The notes beneath the pieces are model-generated. The model ran no database searches, was not told the origin of the DNA, and saw nothing but the letters and a program-made list of their open reading frames with translations. DNA of 32,000 bases, from NCBI GenBank assembly GCA_964514965.1, contig CAZETV010000001.1, positions 813,063 to 845,062 on the forward strand. Direction: 5' to 3'. Of the stretch, positions 25,113-32,000 are shown one piece after another (positions within the stretch are counted from its first letter, which is position 1; every line of letters begins with the position of its first letter). The translations under genes were made by a program, and so were the position numbers. The stretch is from Candidatus Hadarchaeota archaeon. Lineage in GTDB: Archaea > Hadarchaeota > Hadarchaeia > Hadarchaeales > Hadarchaeaceae.

Positions 25113-26075
25113 CTAGGGCACCACCAGCACGAGCACTAGGCTGATTATCGCGAGCAACGCAACGAACGTCCAGAAGAATTTGAGAGCTTGGTCAATGCGC
25201 AGACGGGCCATGATGTTCCGGAGGGTCGTCGTCAGCAGCACGATCGCGAGGATTTTGATCAGGAAATCGACGACTCCAGGGATTTGAATACTGCCAATCA
25301 CATATGCCGTTGGTCCACCGAAGAAGAGGGCTGCAAGAAAACCAGCAACCACGATTGTTTCAACGTCATAGGCGAGGCGCCAAATCGCTAGCCTCGGCCC
25401 CGAGTACTCAGTCAAAGGTCCAGCCACGATTTCGGTGTGAGCTTCAGGGATGTCAAAGGGTACGCGCAATAGCTTTCCCTGAGCGGCTATAAGCGCAGCG
25501 ATTACCGCGGGCAGCATGCGCCAGTCGAGGGCGAGCCATCCCTGCTGGGCTTGATAGCTCACAATCGTCGGCAGGCCGAGGGATCCAACCCTAATTACCG
25601 CAGCGATGATTGCAAGGATGAATATGAACTCATAGCTGAACAGCTGGACGACGTAGCGCCCTGCTCCTGCCGCGCCGAATGGGCTCCCCGATGAGTAACC
25701 GCCCAGCATCATGCAAATCGCCGGGATGTTGAGCAGGTAGATAATGACGATCAAATCCGCGACCAAAGTCAGCGCGGGCTGGGCCGAGTTAATTGGCAAT
25801 AGAAGCATCACCGTGACCACCGCCCCCAGCGCAACCAGCGGCGCGGCGGTGAATACGGGCGACTGTGCGGCGGCAGGGGTAATATCCTCTTTGCTTAGCA
25901 GTTTGCCCACATCGAGGAACTCCTGCCATACCGGGGGCCCTATGCGATTTTGCATGTGCGCAGTTACCTTTCGGTCGATCCCAATGTAGAGTAGCCCGAT
26001 GAGGGAAGCAAAGAGGAGCCCCGGGAAGACTAGAGAGCCCAAGATAAAATTGATTACTTCCATCATTTCTTCCAC
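25113..26075 (-). CDS. mbhM: Membrane-bound hydrogenase subunit MbhM (NuoH-like)
   Basis: Multi-TM protein with RIGPPVWQEFLDVGKLLSKEDI, LLRVPFDIPEAHTEIVAGPLTEYSG. Confidence 0.92.
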   Translation of the reverse strand: MEEMMEVINFILGSLVFPGLLFASLIGLLYIGIDRKVTAHMQNRIGPPVWQEFLDVGKLLSKEDITPAAAQSPVFTAAPLVALGAVVTVMLLLPINSAQPALTLVADLIVIIYLLNIPAICMMLGGYSSGSPFGAAGAGRYVVQLFSYEFIFILAIIAAVIRVGSLGLPTIVSYQAQQGWLALDWRMLPAVIAALIAAQGKLLRVPFDIPEAHTEIVAGPLTEYSGPRLAIWRLAYDVETIVVAGFLAALFFGGPTAYVIGSIQIPGVVDFLIKILAIVLLTTTLRNIMARLRIDQALKFFWTFVALLAIISLVLVLVVP

Positions 26076-27214
26076 CTCCTGAGTTCTTTAAAGCTCAGGA
26101 CGCGCGTTTTACCGGTGCGCGAGTCAACAAGGGCGACGCGGTCGGTGCAAGCAAAGCAAGGGTCTATGCTCGCCAGAACGATTGGGATTTCAGCAACCGT
26201 CCCGCCCACGAACATAGGTTTGAACGATGGGATGTTGGCATAGGTTGGAGGTCTAATGCGCACGCGCTCAGGTTTATCTGTGCCATTCGAGATCGCGTAG
26301 TAGAATAGTTCTCCCCTTGGCGCCTCCACCCGATCGACAGCTTCGTTGGGTTCGATTTTTGGAGTAATTTTTGTCCGCAATGGTCCGTTAGGCAGAGCCT
26401 TGACCGCTTGGCGGGTTATATAGATAGATTCCAAAAGTTCTTTTAGCCTGACTACCACCTTAGCCAAAACATCTCCATCTGGCTCGGTTATCACTTCGAA
26501 CGGAATTTGGTCATAAGCAGCATAAGGGTCATCTCTCCTCAAATCAACGTCGACACCCGAAGCACGGGCGGTTGGGCCCACGGCACATAATTTTTTCGCG
26601 TCATCTTTTGGCAGTACGCCGATGCCTGTACAACGTGCCAAAATCGTGCGATCTGAAGTGCAAAGATCTATATATTGGTGGGTTGCCTTTTCGAGCTTCT
26701 TTAGTGTCCTGAGTATCTTGGGGACGTGTTCCGGTTTAACGTCGCGCCTTACCCCACCCAAGGTGTTTGACGCTGAGGTTTGACGATTTCCAGAAATCAT
26801 CTCTTTCAAGTCAAGCACGAGCTCACGATCGCGCCAGAAGTACATGAACAAGGTGTCAAAGCCTATTTCGTGGGCAGCTATCCCAGCCCAAAGCATGTGA
26901 CTATGGATGCGTTCGAGCTCGCATAGGATGGTTCGAATGAAGCGTGCCCGATCAGGAACTTCGATGCCGGCAAGCCGCTCAATTGTTTGGCAGTAGGCCG
27001 TTGTATGGGCAACGTTGCATATACCACAGATTCGCTCGGAGAGGTAGATATTGTGCAGGTAGCTTCGCTTCTGCATCGCAAGTTCGATGCCGCGATGAAC
27101 GTAGCCCAAGCGGACGTTGAGGTCGACGATTTCCTCGCCCTTAGTCTCAAACCTGACGTACACGGGTTCTTTCAACGCTGGGTGCTGAGGACCTATCGGC
27201 ACGATAAAAGTCAT
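26063..27214 (-). CDS. mbhL: [NiFe]-hydrogenase group 4 large subunit (MbhL-like)
   Basis: Both nickel-ligand motifs: ERICGICNVAH and IDPCFACTDR; NuoD-like body. Confidence 0.92.
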   Translation of the reverse strand: MTFIVPIGPQHPALKEPVYVRFETKGEEIVDLNVRLGYVHRGIELAMQKRSYLHNIYLSERICGICNVAHTTAYCQTIERLAGIEVPDRARFIRTILCELERIHSHMLWAGIAAHEIGFDTLFMYFWRDRELVLDLKEMISGNRQTSASNTLGGVRRDVKPEHVPKILRTLKKLEKATHQYIDLCTSDRTILARCTGIGVLPKDDAKKLCAVGPTARASGVDVDLRRDDPYAAYDQIPFEVITEPDGDVLAKVVVRLKELLESIYITRQAVKALPNGPLRTKITPKIEPNEAVDRVEAPRGELFYYAISNGTDKPERVRIRPPTYANIPSFKPMFVGGTVAEIPIVLASIDPCFACTDRVALVDSRTGKTRVLSFKELRRWKK

Positions 27215-27633
27215 TTCTTAGCCTCCTTGCGCAGCGGGTACACTCCGGAGGGCCAATCATCGGACAGGAACAGTCTGCGCGGTTCTGGATGATTTTCAAT
27301 TTCGATTCCGAGCATCTCCATTATATCACGTTCGTAAAGAGTCGCCCCTGGGAAAATATCTGTAACAGTTTTCACCTTTGGCGTGTTTTTTGGTAGGTTA
27401 AGTTTTAGGCTAAGTAGGGTTGGCAAACAATCGAAGTGGTAAACCACGGTGATAGTATCACCGCGGTCAACGCCAGAAATCGTGGACAAGTGTTGCACGC
27501 CATGCTGCGCCAGGGCTGTCATGGCGTCCCTGCAGCGCTCCTTATCAGTCGTGGCAAACACACGTCGTTCGTTTGCAATTTTTACCTCATCCACATACTC
27601 TTTGATGGCTTCTGCAACTTCGTTTGCTTTCAT
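27211..27633 (-). CDS. mbhK: Hydrogenase 30-kDa-type subunit (MbhK/NuoC-like)
   Basis: ISGVDRGDTITVVYHFD...VTDIFPGATLYERDIMEMLGIEIENHPEPRRLFLSDDW. Confidence 0.9.
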   Translation of the reverse strand: MKANEVAEAIKEYVDEVKIANERRVFATTDKERCRDAMTALAQHGVQHLSTISGVDRGDTITVVYHFDCLPTLLSLKLNLPKNTPKVKTVTDIFPGATLYERDIMEMLGIEIENHPEPRRLFLSDDWPSGVYPLRKEAKK

Positions 27634-28049
27634 TATTTCAACCTCGCTAGGGCTTTGATTAGTCCGTCGATAATCGCCTCAGGCTTGGGTGGACAGCCCG
27701 GTACGTAGGCGACGACGGGGACGTGCTTGTCGAGGGGCCACACTACGTTGTAGCAGTCGTGGAACGCGCTGCCAGATGCGGGGCATGAGCCGATCGCAAC
27801 GACGGCCTTCGGTTCGGGCATCTGTTCGTAAATTCTGATGAGCCTGGGTAAGCACTGCTTCGTGATCGGTCCCGTGACAACCAAGATATCGGCGTGTCTC
27901 GGCGTGCCCTTTACCAGCATCCCGAAGCGCTCGATATCGTAGCGCGGCGTAAGCGCAGCAACGACCTCGATGCTGCAAGCGTTGCAGCCTCCACTGTCGA
28001 AGTGCAGCACCCAAGGGGATTTTTTCCTAAGTGATTGGACTAGTCCCAT
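27633..28049 (-). CDS. mbhJ: [NiFe]-hydrogenase small subunit (MbhJ/NuoB-like)
   Basis: GGCNACSIEVVA...DILVVTGPIT...AIGSCPASGSAF...VPGCPPKPEAI. Confidence 0.92.
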   Translation of the reverse strand: MGLVQSLRKKSPWVLHFDSGGCNACSIEVVAALTPRYDIERFGMLVKGTPRHADILVVTGPITKQCLPRLIRIYEQMPEPKAVVAIGSCPASGSAFHDCYNVVWPLDKHVPVVAYVPGCPPKPEAIIDGLIKALARLK

Positions 28050-28053
28050 GAGC

Positions 28054-28389
28054 TCACCACAATATCACCGCGATTGCTGCGAGGATGATGATAAATCCGA
28101 CCACCACCCAGAATAGGTATGTGTTCAAGATGCCCGTGTGTCCGGGGCGCACATAGCGGTAAAATGGCCCGAAGACGCGACGGATGGGCGAGAAGAACTG
28201 TTCGCTGTCTGCGTGGGCCTCGTCAGCATCAAGCAACTCGCCGCAGGCATAGGTCTGAAGTTTTTTGGCACTGGGTTTTGCTTTAGTAATTCTCCGTCCG
28301 CCGATTAGAATGAGCCATGTTACCGCGACGATGAGCAGAAGCGCGGCGGTTGCGACGAGTGGTCCCCAGAACCCTGGTCCAAATTCCAT
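28054..28389 (-). CDS. Small membrane hydrogenase subunit (MbhI-like, NuoA-like TYACGE motif)
   Basis: Two TM segments with KLQTYACGELLDADEAHADSEQFF; positioned as mbhI relative to Thermococcales mbh; TAATG overlap with upstream sORF. Confidence 0.65.
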   Translation of the reverse strand: MEFGPGFWGPLVATAALLLIVAVTWLILIGGRRITKAKPSAKKLQTYACGELLDADEAHADSEQFFSPIRRVFGPFYRYVRPGHTGILNTYLFWVVVGFIIILAAIAVILW

Positions 28390-28508
28390 TAGCTCCCCCC
28401 TAGCACGTGTGTGTGGTGCTTTGCTTGGGCAGTGCACCGATTAAAGGCTATCATGAAAACATCAACCTTTATCGCCAGACCTCCTAGCTTGTTCACGTCT
28501 GATCCCAT
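28389..28508 (-). CDS. Possible 39-aa ORF with strong SD, overlapping the mbhI-like start
   Basis: AAGGAG 9 nt upstream of ATG 28508; MGSDVNKLGGLAIKVDVFMIAFNRCTAQAKHHTHVLGGS; TAATG junction. Confidence 0.4.
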   Translation of the reverse strand: MGSDVNKLGGLAIKVDVFMIAFNRCTAQAKHHTHVLGGS

Positions 28509-28535
28509 GTGTTACAACTCCTTTTGACTTATCAC

Positions 28536-29678
28536 CTAACTTTCACTTTTCATCCAAGGGGGTATTGGCTTTCCGTGTTTTTCCCGGCGCTTCAACAATT
28601 TTTCAGTTGTATTTTTCTTTCTTCTTGAGAGCCGTTTGACTAGTCCGATTCCGGGCTTGACCAATTTGAGCGATTTTACACCGAGTTTTGGATTATTTCT
28701 GGCTACTTTAAAAGCCTCCGCTCCGACCTTAGTGCGCACTAATACCGTGGAGCGACCTAGAGGAGATCCCACTGCACCTACGGATATGTCCGCCAGCTCA
28801 CAGGAGAAATCCGGACAAACCAAACAGAATGTATTAACGCATTTCTTTAGGAGTTTTACCTTAACTTCCCGCTTCGACCCTTTTTTGGTATAAACGACAA
28901 AATTTCCCTTTTTGATGTCGAACTTAGAGACATTCTCTAAAGAAGTTTTTAGTTTTTGCCTCACGAAATTTTTGAGCTTTCTATAATTGAATGATTCCAT
29001 GCAGAACAACCCGATTACCAACTTCACGGAATCCGCCAGATGGTGAAAAGCTCTATCACCGAACTGCATCCTTCGTATGGCGTTGATTTGGCAGGGAGTG
29101 CCCACGAGTGCTACTCTCTCTTTCAAGTACAGGTCTACGGCGTCCTTCAGCCCTGAGAGGATAGGAGTTGAAGTATATTTTGTTCCCGCGCACTGGATTA
29201 TCTTGTCCGATGTAAGCGCCACATTCGGCTCCGGCTTCCAGGATTCACCATCAACTCCCGTCACCACTGCTCCATCTATAAAACCCTTTTTTAAGAGCCA
29301 GGTGAGCATCGAGGTCACAGCACTTCCATCTTGGCATTTCTTCCGAAGTTTTGGATCCTTAGTTTTCACGGAGAAGGATTTTCTATACACCCCGATGTTT
29401 GGGTCGGGGGTTGCTTGGCCAAATATATGCTCTACAAGCTTGGCAGGGGCACCTGTTTGAGGACATTCGTAATAGCAGATGTTGCAATTTTCGCATTTTC
29501 CAACGAGCTTAGGTTTGCGGCTAGTGATATTCAAAGCATTAAATCGACATGACGCGACGCATGCCCCGCAGCCGGTGCAAAGTCCCGGCTTTATCACTTC
29601 GTTATGAAGGTCTTCGAAGATTTTATTCATCTTCTCACCAATTTCGAGTGATGTGGGAGCGTGGAGTGCAAGTTCCAT
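28536..29678 (-). CDS. Coenzyme F420 hydrogenase/dehydrogenase beta-subunit-like protein (FrhB/FpoF family); start 29678 or 29630
   Basis: CTGCGACVASCRFNAL, CENCNICYYECP, VALVGTPCQINAIRRMQ, CLVCPDFSCELADISVGAVG. Confidence 0.88.
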   Translation of the reverse strand: MELALHAPTSLEIGEKMNKIFEDLHNEVIKPGLCTGCGACVASCRFNALNITSRKPKLVGKCENCNICYYECPQTGAPAKLVEHIFGQATPDPNIGVYRKSFSVKTKDPKLRKKCQDGSAVTSMLTWLLKKGFIDGAVVTGVDGESWKPEPNVALTSDKIIQCAGTKYTSTPILSGLKDAVDLYLKERVALVGTPCQINAIRRMQFGDRAFHHLADSVKLVIGLFCMESFNYRKLKNFVRQKLKTSLENVSKFDIKKGNFVVYTKKGSKREVKVKLLKKCVNTFCLVCPDFSCELADISVGAVGSPLGRSTVLVRTKVGAEAFKVARNNPKLGVKSLKLVKPGIGLVKRLSRRKKNTTEKLLKRREKHGKPIPPWMKSES

Positions 29679-31174
29679 TAGACACCACCCAACACCGCGC
29701 TTATGTAACCACTAGAGTTCATCACGGCTTCCTGCGCGGGGTGCACCAGTTCTATCCCTAGATTTGGAAGCACGCCGAATATCACGCAGAGCGCCGCAAG
29801 TAGCAAGATTGGAATGAGCATCGAGATGGGAGTTTCCTTCACATTTTTCAAGTGCTTTGGCCGCTGGCCTAAGAAAATCGAGTTGAATGCTTTCAAGAAG
29901 TAAGCTAGCGTTAGAGCGCTTACGACGAGAGCGATTATTGTGAACACGTACTGCCCGTTTTCTATGCCTGCCACGTAAATCGTCCACTTACTCGCGAAGC
30001 CGTTCATAGGCGGCACCCCTGAGATCGCAAGCGCACCTATCATGAAAGCCATCGCGGTCAAGGGCATGTTGTTCCAGAGCCCTCCAAGCTTGTCCATGTT
30101 AGAGGTTCCCACCCGGTAGACGATTGTCCCGGCAATCATGAAGAGCATCGTCTTGTAGATAGCGTTGTTGAGCAGGTGGAAGAGCCCACCTTGGATTCCC
30201 AGCGTCGTGCCCAGACCTATGCCTAGCAGGATGTAACCGAGTTGGGAGATACCCGAGTATGCGAGCAAACGCTTTAAGTCCCGTTGGACGAGAGCCATGA
30301 AAGCTCCAAGTACCATCGAGACTAATCCGAGGCCCGCGAGTATCATCCCCATTCCGAGAATCCCGAAAAGCATGTAGACCACTCGCAACATCGCGTAAAT
30401 CCCGACGGTAGCCGTGGCCCCCGAGAAAAGAGCTGCTACAGCCGATGGCGCCGCTTGGTATGCGTCTGGTTGCCACATGTGCAGGGGAACCATCGCAATC
30501 TTGATGCCGAAGCCGGTCATGAAGAGACCTAGCGGCACAATCAGGGCTGATGGGACTACCCCTCCAAACTTTTGCATCAGGTCAGCTATGTTGAGGCTAC
30601 CCATTTGCCCGTAGAGCAACGCCACGCCAAGCAGGATGAAAGAGGTGCCTAGGGAGCTGACGATCATGTACTTGATGCTTGCCTCGATTGATTGCCAATT
30701 TCGCCTGAACGCCACGAGGGCATAGGAGGAGATGCACATGATCTCGAAGAACACGTAGAGGTTGAAGATGTCTCCCGTGAGAGCGACGCCCATCATACCG
30801 GCCAGAATGAGCAAGAAAAGGGTGTAATACTGGTCTAGCCCTGTGTCGCGCTCCATGCAAACAAAGGAGTAAATCGCGACGAGTACGCTGATGCTAGCAA
30901 CGATGAGCGCTACCAGTAGGTTCAGCCCGTCGATGGCAAGGTTGATTCCCCAAGGGGGCTGCCATCCTCCTAGCTGATAGACGAACATTTGGCCGCCCCA
31001 TACCTCTGGCGCCATGCTCACCAGGACTACTAACTCCGCAAGCACCGCAGCGATCGCAAACCACTCCCGAGCGCGTTTGATACCTCGTCGGCGGGCTAAA
31101 ATTCCAACTACTGGCATCAGGAACGCCGCGAACAACGGGAGCAAGATGGCCAAAATTGGGGCGTGGGGTATCAC
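29678..31174 (-). CDS. mbhH: MrpD/NuoN-type antiporter-like subunit (MbhH-like)
   Basis: About 498 aa multi-TM; FEIMCISSYALVAF, HMWQPDAYQAAPSAVAALFSGA, DLKRLLAYSGISQLGYILLG. Confidence 0.92.
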   Translation of the reverse strand: MIPHAPILAILLPLFAAFLMPVVGILARRRGIKRAREWFAIAAVLAELVVLVSMAPEVWGGQMFVYQLGGWQPPWGINLAIDGLNLLVALIVASISVLVAIYSFVCMERDTGLDQYYTLFLLILAGMMGVALTGDIFNLYVFFEIMCISSYALVAFRRNWQSIEASIKYMIVSSLGTSFILLGVALLYGQMGSLNIADLMQKFGGVVPSALIVPLGLFMTGFGIKIAMVPLHMWQPDAYQAAPSAVAALFSGATATVGIYAMLRVVYMLFGILGMGMILAGLGLVSMVLGAFMALVQRDLKRLLAYSGISQLGYILLGIGLGTTLGIQGGLFHLLNNAIYKTMLFMIAGTIVYRVGTSNMDKLGGLWNNMPLTAMAFMIGALAISGVPPMNGFASKWTIYVAGIENGQYVFTIIALVVSALTLAYFLKAFNSIFLGQRPKHLKNVKETPISMLIPILLLAALCVIFGVLPNLGIELVHPAQEAVMNSSGYISAVLGGV

Positions 31175-31530
31175 TCCTTCAACCTCCTGAGTTTAGATGG
31201 GTCAAGCGTGCCGTAGTGGCGGTAGGCGTAGATGGCTAGCGAGAGAGCCAGCGCGAGGATGCAGATATTGATGACGATCGAAGTTAGCACGAGTGCTTGG
31301 GGGACAGGGTCGACGGCGTGGGCGGCAAATCCAGGGAGGTTTGAAAACATATTCCCGCTAACGATTGGAGCCGTGCCTCCTAGGCGATATCCAAGGCTTA
31401 TCAGGAATAGGTGGATACCATCGGTCAGCACGGAGAGGCCGATGATGATTTTAATCAGGTTTCGCTTGAGCAACAAACAGTAAATCCCGAGCGCCACGAG
31501 CGACATAGCCATAATATAATTGAGTTCCAA
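31171..31530 (-). CDS. mbhG: MrpC/NuoK-type subunit (MbhG-like)
   Basis: GIYCLLLKRNLIKIIIGLSVLTDGIHLFLI...DPVPQALVLTSIVINICILALALSLAIYAY. Confidence 0.9.
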   Translation of the reverse strand: MELNYIMAMSLVALGIYCLLLKRNLIKIIIGLSVLTDGIHLFLISLGYRLGGTAPIVSGNMFSNLPGFAAHAVDPVPQALVLTSIVINICILALALSLAIYAYRHYGTLDPSKLRRLKE

Positions 31531-31548
31531 CTTTACACCCCTGTAAAT

Positions 31549-31986
31549 CTACTCATTTTTATCCTCCCTGAAAGCGAACAACATCGCGTAGAAAATCAGG
31601 ATGATGCCCGCCGTGACTTTTATTCCGACGCCTATGTAGAGCAGGGGCAGGTTGCCGGCACTAAATAGCTGCCCGAGACTTCCGAGCGGGAACACGTTTT
31701 GAAGGAAGAAGGTGCCGAGTAGGAGGCCGAACAACCCGAGAACTACTATCGTTATCCCGCCGATACTTTCAAGCACCTCGGCTTGCAGGAGGCCCATTCT
31801 TTTCTGTGTTCGTTCGACGCCGTAGGCTAGGAGTAGCATCACCACCGAGGCGGCGATGATTACACCACCCGGGAACCCCCCTCCGGGAGTCAGGTGGCCG
31901 TGCAGTACGATGTAGGCGCCGAAGAGAAAAGTGAACGGGAAGAGAAGCCTCGTGATTGTTCGAACGATTACCGTCATTCCAGCCAT
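31549..31986 (-). CDS. mbhF: MrpB-type subunit (MbhF-like)
   Basis: GAYIVLHGHLTPGGGFPGGVIIAASVVMLLLAYG; LYIGVGIKVTAGIILIFYAMLFAF. Confidence 0.88.
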   Translation of the reverse strand: MAGMTVIVRTITRLLFPFTFLFGAYIVLHGHLTPGGGFPGGVIIAASVVMLLLAYGVERTQKRMGLLQAEVLESIGGITIVVLGLFGLLLGTFFLQNVFPLGSLGQLFSAGNLPLLYIGVGIKVTAGIILIFYAMLFAFREDKNE

Positions 31987-32000
31987 TACTCCTGCCTCCT

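Noticed and set aside
1-32000. CRISPR array or tRNA genes
   Set aside because: No regularly spaced direct repeats of CRISPR type; no cloverleaf with matching acceptor/T-arm was identified by eye.

Overview
Archaeal chromosomal window, probably from a deep euryarchaeal or Hadarchaeota-like lineage (lineage is inference only). The left ~24 kb is mostly dense information-processing genes: Nre, Dph2, Csl4, RpoL, DUF99, signal peptidase, Nudix, TFS, an OB-fold protein, PCNA, PriL/PriS, GINS, eL42, eS27, aIF2-alpha, Nop10, PAC2, EndoQ, ferredoxin/GGR, AspRS, a KH protein, Alba and an Lrp-like regulator. eS27 (59 aa) and Nop10 (53 aa) are clear genes absent from the supplied ORF track. The right end carries hypC-hypA-hypE, a PHP protein, a hydrogenase maturation protease and a long minus-strand Mbh-type group 4 [NiFe]-hydrogenase/antiporter operon. 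That operon has an FrhB/FpoF-like gene and a possible 39-aa ORF inserted at the junction between its antiporter and hydrogenase modules. The most unusual locus is 19031-21896. It is a translationally coupled pair (MerR-type HTH fused to HNH, plus an AAA+ ATPase) next to a ~1 kb region with no convincing CDS. That region has several hairpins and is bracketed by two ~115-bp imperfect copies of an AT-rich element containing inverted GTTAGAATTTGT motifs and a TATA-like box. I propose it as a candidate uncharacterised HTH-HNH/AAA+/noncoding-RNA (or cis-DNA) system; its function is unknown. A second, smaller HNH gene sits between PCNA and the primase genes.
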